Shown here: one piece after another, positions 57,861-64,000 of the stretch
Numbering within the stretch: the first letter of the stretch is position 1
How the letters are laid out: the number at the start of each line of letters is the position of its first letter
Notes under the pieces: generated by a model
What the model was told of the DNA's origin: nothing
Seen by the model: only the letters and a program-made list of their open reading frames with translations
The model's database searches: none
Program-made: the position numbers and the translations under genes
From: Syncephalis fuscata S228
Taxonomy: Eukaryota; Fungi; Zoopagomycota
DNA length: 64,000 bases
NCBI GenBank assembly: GCA_025786725.1
Contig: JAHLTZ010000046.1
Coordinates: 62,001-126,000 of the forward strand
Direction: 5' to 3'

Positions 57861-59332
57861 ATGTTGCCTCTTGAAGGAATTCGCGTTATTGAAATGGCCG
57901 GTCTGGCCCCTGCACCATTTGCAGGTAAGTAGTAGTAAGGTATTGGGTGTAATTGAACTAAAAACTACGCATGTTCAGGTATGCTACTGGCTGATTTTGG
58001 CGCTAATGTCATTCGAGTCGAAAGACCTGCCGCGCTTAACACCGACGTGCTAACGAGGTAAATGAAAGTGTGAACAGCTAAGCACTGATTTGTATTAACA
58101 TGGCTTAGAGGAAAACGTTCGCTAGCTGTTGATATTAAATCGGCCGAGGGTCTAGCAGTGATACGTCAACTGGCTAAGCAAGCCGATGTTTTACTTGAAC
58201 CGTTTAGACCCGGTGTTATGGAACGTTTGGGTCTTGGACCAGATGTGTTACTGGCCGAGAACCCTCGACTGATATTTGCACGCCTGTCAGGCTTTGGACA
58301 ACAAGGTAACTTTTAATGAATAGTCGTTGATTAGTGTTTATTGATTACCTTTAGGGGAATACGCTCAACAGGCCGGACATGACATCAATTATTTGGCTAT
58401 GGCGGGAATACTTTCCGTAAGTATTAATTGGCGCACATAACTGGTGCTAATTATCTGCTATAGGAATTGAGACGGCAAGATGAGGATCCGCGTTTCCCCA
58501 TTAATCTATTAGGTAGACATTTGCGGCCATCATGTCACTCGCTACTAATTTTATTGGAATAGCCGATTTTGGTGGTGGCGGCATATTTTGCGTGGTTGGC
58601 ATTTTAGTTGCATTACTACAGCGACACAATACTGGTCGTGGTCAAGTGGTAGATGTGTCTATTGTAAGTTATTATAAATCGATAATATTGATTTAATTTT
58701 AGTATAATAGACAGAAAGTGTTGGCTATTTAGGCAACTTTATTCGCCGTATGAAATCTATTGGTGGACCTGTAGAATCACTACGTGGTGATGCACCCTTT
58801 TACAATGTATACAAAACAAAGGATGACAATTACATGAGTGTGTGGGTACAGTTGATGGAATTACCCATACTGTTATTAATCATTTAATTGATATAGAGGT
58901 GCACTTGAACCACAGTTCTACGCACTATTGCTAAAAGGACTGGAGCTTGATTCAAATCAATTGCCCGACCGACAAGATCCGTCCAACTGGCCTCAGTTAC
59001 ACACAATATTCAGCGAGTTATTCGCCAAAAAAACGATGGATGAATGGTCGTGTATATTTAAACAGAGTGATGCCTGTGTATTTCCCGTTCTAGCCATGGA
59101 ACAAGCTCCAATGCCTCCTCGCCGTACACCACGACTTTCTTCCGCGCCCGAAACAACCATGACCCATGATGCTTCAGCCGATACACCCGGTGACATTTTA
59201 TTGACCCCAGGTCTGCACAGTGTCGAAGTATTGAAGGAATACGGTTGGAGTGAAGCCCAAATCAATAAGCTTATTCAGCAAAATATCGTGCAACAAGTAA
59301 CAGGAATTGAGAAACGCGATAGCCATTTGTGA
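57861..59332 (+). CDS. AMACR: Alpha-methylacyl-CoA racemase (CoA-transferase family III), PTS1-like SHL end
   Basis: [71 protein letters not shown]. Confidence 0.93.
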
Positions 59333-59574
59333 TGATGACGATATTAATGGTAATCATACTAATGTGATCCATTGTTAAATGCCACATTTGCCATAATAAA
59401 TAAAGAGCGAAATTATACCCGAGTCATCTGATCATCCTTACTCATTATTTGTCTCAGCATAGCCACCACCACTTCTATTGTAACTTGGCTTCATCTCTTT
59501 AGCATTTTATTGGAATTGCCTCTCCTTTATTCCTCTTGTTTCCGACTGTCGTTCTTTGCAGTACCGTGCACATC

Positions 59575-60829
59575 ATGTCGTTCTTTGACCTCGAGGCCGG
59601 CCTATCTAAAGGTCCTTCTGCGCCTAATGGCGCCTCTCAAAGCCTTCTCAATTGTAAGTATCGAACGAATAGGTTGCCAAGGCCACCGTGTCACTCATTG
59701 AATACTGACTACGTATACTGCGCGTATTAACCAACAACTAGCGCCCGATCCCGCCTACAGTGAACTCATCAGTCGAATCCAAACCCGTGTACTTACTAGC
59801 AATAGCAACAATGCCCGTATTCAACGGCTTATCCAACGACTTGGAACACACACTGACTCGGAAAAGAATCACGACGAATTGTAAGTAACTCAACTGGAGT
59901 TTGACACTTGCTAATCTATAGCGTATAGGCACGCACTTCTTGAAGAGACACATAAGCTAGTTTGTGATACGATGGCCGATATTAAGCAGCTGGGATCATT
60001 TCCTGGTAAAACACCGCAAGAAATGGTAATTAAATGGTAATTAAATAGAGTAAACACAGACAATTAATACTATAATAGAAACAACGAAAGATGGAGCAGC
60101 AAAAACTATCTCGTGACTACCAAATGGTAATAGATAAATTTAAAGGTGCTCAACAATTTGCTGCGGAGCGTTTACAAACGTTAAAAGTGCGCGTAGAAGC
60201 ACAACAGAAACAGAATGCAAAGTAAGTCACAGATTCTCTGTTAATTGCAATAATTTATTCGTTAGTAGAAAATTATCACAAGATGGATTTGAATCAGATA
60301 CGGCAGAAGATCAACCATTACTATTGGAAGACAATGAAGAGCAACGGTGGGTCTAATATAAATTAACTGTGTGTTTAAACGATATTAAACGATGGCCATC
60401 ATAGTATTCGTCTACAAAAAGTTATGGAGAATGAAGTTACTTTCAATGAATCAATGATTCAACAGCGTGATGCAGAGATTATAGAGATAGAACAAGGTAT
60501 TACACAATTAAATGAAATATTCCGTGATTTGGGTACTATTGTTACAGAGCAGCAAACATTATTAGGTAAGTGATGATTGTATTGATAATAATAGATTTGA
60601 TTAGTTAACAAATATGATTAATTAACTAACGAACTAACTAACTAATAATGACTACATAGACAATATTGAACACAATGTTGATAGTGTTGCTGTATCGACA
60701 CAAAGGGGAGCTGAGGAATTGACAACGGCGAATCGATACCAGCGACGTGGGCGACAGCTTAAATGTTATCTACTACTTGTTCTATCCATTATTCTTGCTT
60801 TTGTTATTTTGTTGGTGTTTATGGTTTAG
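59575..60829 (+). CDS. PEP12: Endosomal/vacuolar Qa-SNARE syntaxin (Pep12/STX7-like)
   Basis: QRDAEIIEIEQGITQLNEIFRDLGTIVTEQQTLL/DNIEHNV..EELTTA and a C-terminal TM. Confidence 0.88.
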
Positions 60830-61002
60830 AGTCGATTATGTTAGTAGTAGTAGCAGTAGTAGTACAATTTATTTCGTAGCCATTATTGTAAACCTTATCA
60901 TAACCATACAATGAATGAAGCATCTTTATGGAGTGTTTGCTATTGTGCTATGAAAGTGTATCACTGAAATATATATATGTGTGTGCGTATGTATTTATAT
61001 GG

Positions 61003-61152
61003 CTATTTGAGCTTTTTGAATTCCTTGTCAAGAGTCTCCTTAAATGCTTTAGTAAAGTCATTGGCTCGTTCCATAGATTCAGAATTTTTTATCTGTTTAG
61101 CAATCTCTGAACCTATATCATACAAAATATTAAACTTTGTTACTACTACTAT

Positions 61153-61183
<31 letters not shown>

Positions 61184-61371
61184 ATTACTCACCCTTCTCG
61201 CTTAATTCCTCTACTTTCTCGTGGGTTCGTGCAGCCATACGATGGAATGCCGGGCTTTCCAACAGCTATTGAACCAATATGGTCATGAACTCATTCTTCA
61301 TAATACTATAGTTATTCTACCTTTTCTGTGATGTGTTTCTCGGCCAACTGTCGAAGTATATGTTTTAACAT
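61003..61371 (-). CDS. About 77-aa three-exon microprotein, MRX7/NCBP2-AS2-like
   Basis: MLKHILRQLAEKHITEK/LLESPAFHRMAARTHEKVEELSEK/GSEIAKQ..FTKAFKETLDKEFKKLK*; GT..AG introns keep the frame. Confidence 0.65.
61139..61187. repeat. Compound (ACT)n(GCT)n microsatellite inside intron 2 of the microprotein gene
   Basis: tactactactattactactgctgctgct... seen directly. Confidence 0.9.
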
Positions 61372-62091
61372 GTTGATTTCATAAAGATAAAAAAGTATAA
61401 AGAATAGTAAATACTGTTGTGTGAGAAAAGTGAATCAAATAAATAGATTGTTTTAAATCTGAAGTATTCATGTTACACTTTAATAGGATCACATCACGAA
61501 GACTTGACCAGGCGTAAATTACGTATTTAACTCAATATTACATTGTTTGTTTTCTATTTATACTGAAAATGTTGTTTTGCATTGTACGTGATCGTAGTGC
61601 ATCCAGGCTACATTATAGTAGTAATAATAAAACTACTAAATTTAAATATAAATAAAATATAAATATATATCTATATTAATTATGGATCCTTCTTCTGAAC
61701 TCCACTCACCATGTGGTCATGTTCAAGGATAAATATTTTGGTCATAATCAATATAACAAGAACAATGGTACTCTTAGGTTATTCTATTTACGCATGGTCT
61801 TGAGCTTTCTACAGAATATTTAGTTTTTTACTGCACTTCTAGGCTAAAGTTCATCGATCGTCATAGACCTTTAGCTGAAATATATTGTATTTTCAACGCT
61901 GAAGGTTGATATAACAGGAAGATTGGCATGGCAGTGCCACAAATACCTGTTATTCCATCTTTTTATAGTAAGTAACAAGTACAAAGAGCATGCGACTTTT
62001 TCCTCTACAGTTTGGCCCATCATTTATTACATATGGACTATGTGCTAACAGCTGTACTAAAATATTAGTTTTCTTTATTTTGTTAATTACC

Positions 62092-63092
62092 ATGCCTTTA
62101 ATCAACTATAATAGCGTCAAAGATACTGCGTGGATCAAGAATGCCACTCGCCTGTGGGGTATCCCGCTTCATCCGCGAGGTGAATTAAGTATCGATGAGT
62201 ATTATTTGGAAGTTGTTGGCGATATGAAGCAAGAGCGTATCCGTATGTTAAGCACATTTACACATAATATCATGGTATTGTTTGCTTCTTGTATATTTGT
62301 ACGCAATTTTATTTTATCTACCGGCGTCGTTATAAGACAGCGCCGCAGTTTTCCTGCATGGCTCTGTTGGATTGCCTCGTTGGGTGGCCTAGTGTTTGCC
62401 ACTGAAAGTGTTATGTTAATACTTGACGCTGGCGTTAACTGCCGGATGCTGATTTGGTCAACTTGGTACGGCATGCCTTGGGCACAGTTTTTCAACAGTG
62501 CAATACTACTACAGAAAGCCTACCTAGTACTATGTCGACAAAAGTGGATATTGTATATCGGTATTCCAATGCTATTTCCACAACTACTTCATGGGCCAAT
62601 TGTTATGTATTATTCGTACATAACAACAGATCCTGCAGGATTTTGTGGCATGCATTTCCCTCCATTTGTACCAATGTGTTGGTTTGGCGTTATTGTAACA
62701 ATTAACACATTTTTCTCCATAATCTTTTACCGAGTTGCATATAAGCAATACCGTATATTTGGAGCGGATGCCTGGAGAAGATTAGCAAATGATGGAATTC
62801 AGTATATGTGCTTGGTTGCGTTATGTAACATTTTATGTTGCACTTTCATTGTGTCTGAAGTAGCAGGCAATTATACCGATATATTTTTCCCAATAGATTG
62901 GTAAGTAAACATAAATGTGAACTACACAAAGCTAACTGAAACGTATTCAGGTCTATCTCTGCAGCATTGATAGTGAATCATTGTCAAAGCATCCGAAATG
63001 CAAAGGGATTTTCGAATCGCCCAAAGACAAGTCATATGTTGCGTATTTCGCATATTGATACCGCGGGTCTCACAGCACAACAAATACTCTGA
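62092..63092 (+). CDS. Orphan GPCR-like 7TM protein, paralog C (intron 62901-62950)
   Basis: MPLINYNSVKDTAWIKNATRLWGIPLHPRGELS..GVNCR..LQKAYL..FGADAWRRLANDGIQ..NRPKT; same structure as paralog A. Confidence 0.75.
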
Positions 63093-63291
63093 TTACTATT
63101 TAGATTATAGAATACATACTAACTGAACACCGAAATTAATTGCATAATATATAACCTTTAGATACTTTATACTTAAATAAATAAAAATCGTAGTACAATC
63201 GGATTGTACTGCTAAAATCATCATTATGTTAAGATGTGCTCTAATAATGTACAAATTATTTAACTTTTTACTTTTTTGTTTTACGATTGGC

Positions 63292-64000
63292 ATGCTGAAA
63301 ATACATTCATTACTATGTCGCGTGCAGCGCAATGGCGTTTCTCAAAATATCCAAAGCAGAGCCAATTTATTTGAATTTAACAGAACGCTATATCCATGCA
63401 ATGGAGTGACACGGCGTTGGACTAGTAAAGTATGTTTATAAACATATTATTTATGATTTTTTAGTACTAACTTCAAGCACTTATAGCACAGCGGATTGTC
63501 GGATATCTGGGCTCTAGATATTGAAGGTGGCCGTGGTGGTGATGGATGTGTAAGTTTTGAACGTTCGGGCGGTAGTGCTACACGAGGAGGATCGCTGCGT
63601 AATTTTGGTCGTCCATCCGGTGGCGACGGAGGTCGAGGCGGCGATGTGTGGATTGAAGCTAGCAGTGATGTTAGCGATCTTGGTAGTGTTGCTACGCCAT
63701 TGTTACGTGGTTCACGCGGCCAATCAGGTCGAGGAGATATGGTGCGTGGCAAAGATGCAGAGGACACTGTGGTTCGCGTGCCTATAGGCACTGTTGTGCG
63801 TCGGTTTCCACCGACTGTACACGAACCAGACGACATAGAAAAGGAACTTACCAACACCAGGCCGCATACCAGTTATCACGATAAAAAAGCGTTAACAGAG
63901 GAGGAAGAGGAGGTATCCAGCGAAGATTTACGACCATATTATGTCTACTACCCCGGATGGGAGGATCGTGGTGAGATATTTGAGTGGGAAAGACGGGCCG
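63292..64000 (+). CDS. MTG2: Mitochondrial Obg GTPase (partial, runs off window)
   Basis: Presequence-like exon 1, then GGRGGDGCVSFER..PSGGDGGRGGDVWI..GKDAEDTVVRVPIGTVV. Confidence 0.88.

Noticed and set aside
60977-61288. + strand ORF with poly-Thr/poly-Ala
   Set aside because: Antisense to a spliced microprotein gene; the tracts are an intronic microsatellite.

Overview
AT-rich, intron-dense eukaryotic (fungal) DNA. Introns are short (about 45-80 nt, GT..AG, often with a CTAA branch), and the gene content points to an early-diverging fungus; a Zoopagomycota mycoparasite such as Syncephalis is my inference, not a database result. Tightly packed housekeeping genes are NBR1-like, mito uL13, TRP2, bystin, PSMD5, ZZZ3-like, HIS4, MDH, ATE1, VPS26, VPS53, CDC73, OLA1, USE1, G3BP/Bre5, WDR89, AMACR, a Pep12-like syntaxin, an MRX7-like microprotein and MTG2. 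Gene-sparse accessory islands interrupt them. The most striking island (about 21.4-37.2 kb) holds three 7TM-RGS receptor paralogs arranged as inverted duplications. Their intracellular parts are homogenised while their extracellular and pocket-facing segments are mosaic and divergent, and they are interleaved with two secreted repeat/glycine-zipper proteins, two truncated ATE1 5' fragments and a long hairpin. Other accessory elements are three orphan GPCR-like 7TM genes, a Kex2-site secreted protein, and a secreted pseudokinase next to a ghost paralog that has lost its CDS. At least eight single-base deletions break otherwise intact genes, probably assembly errors. Exon boundaries were read by eye.
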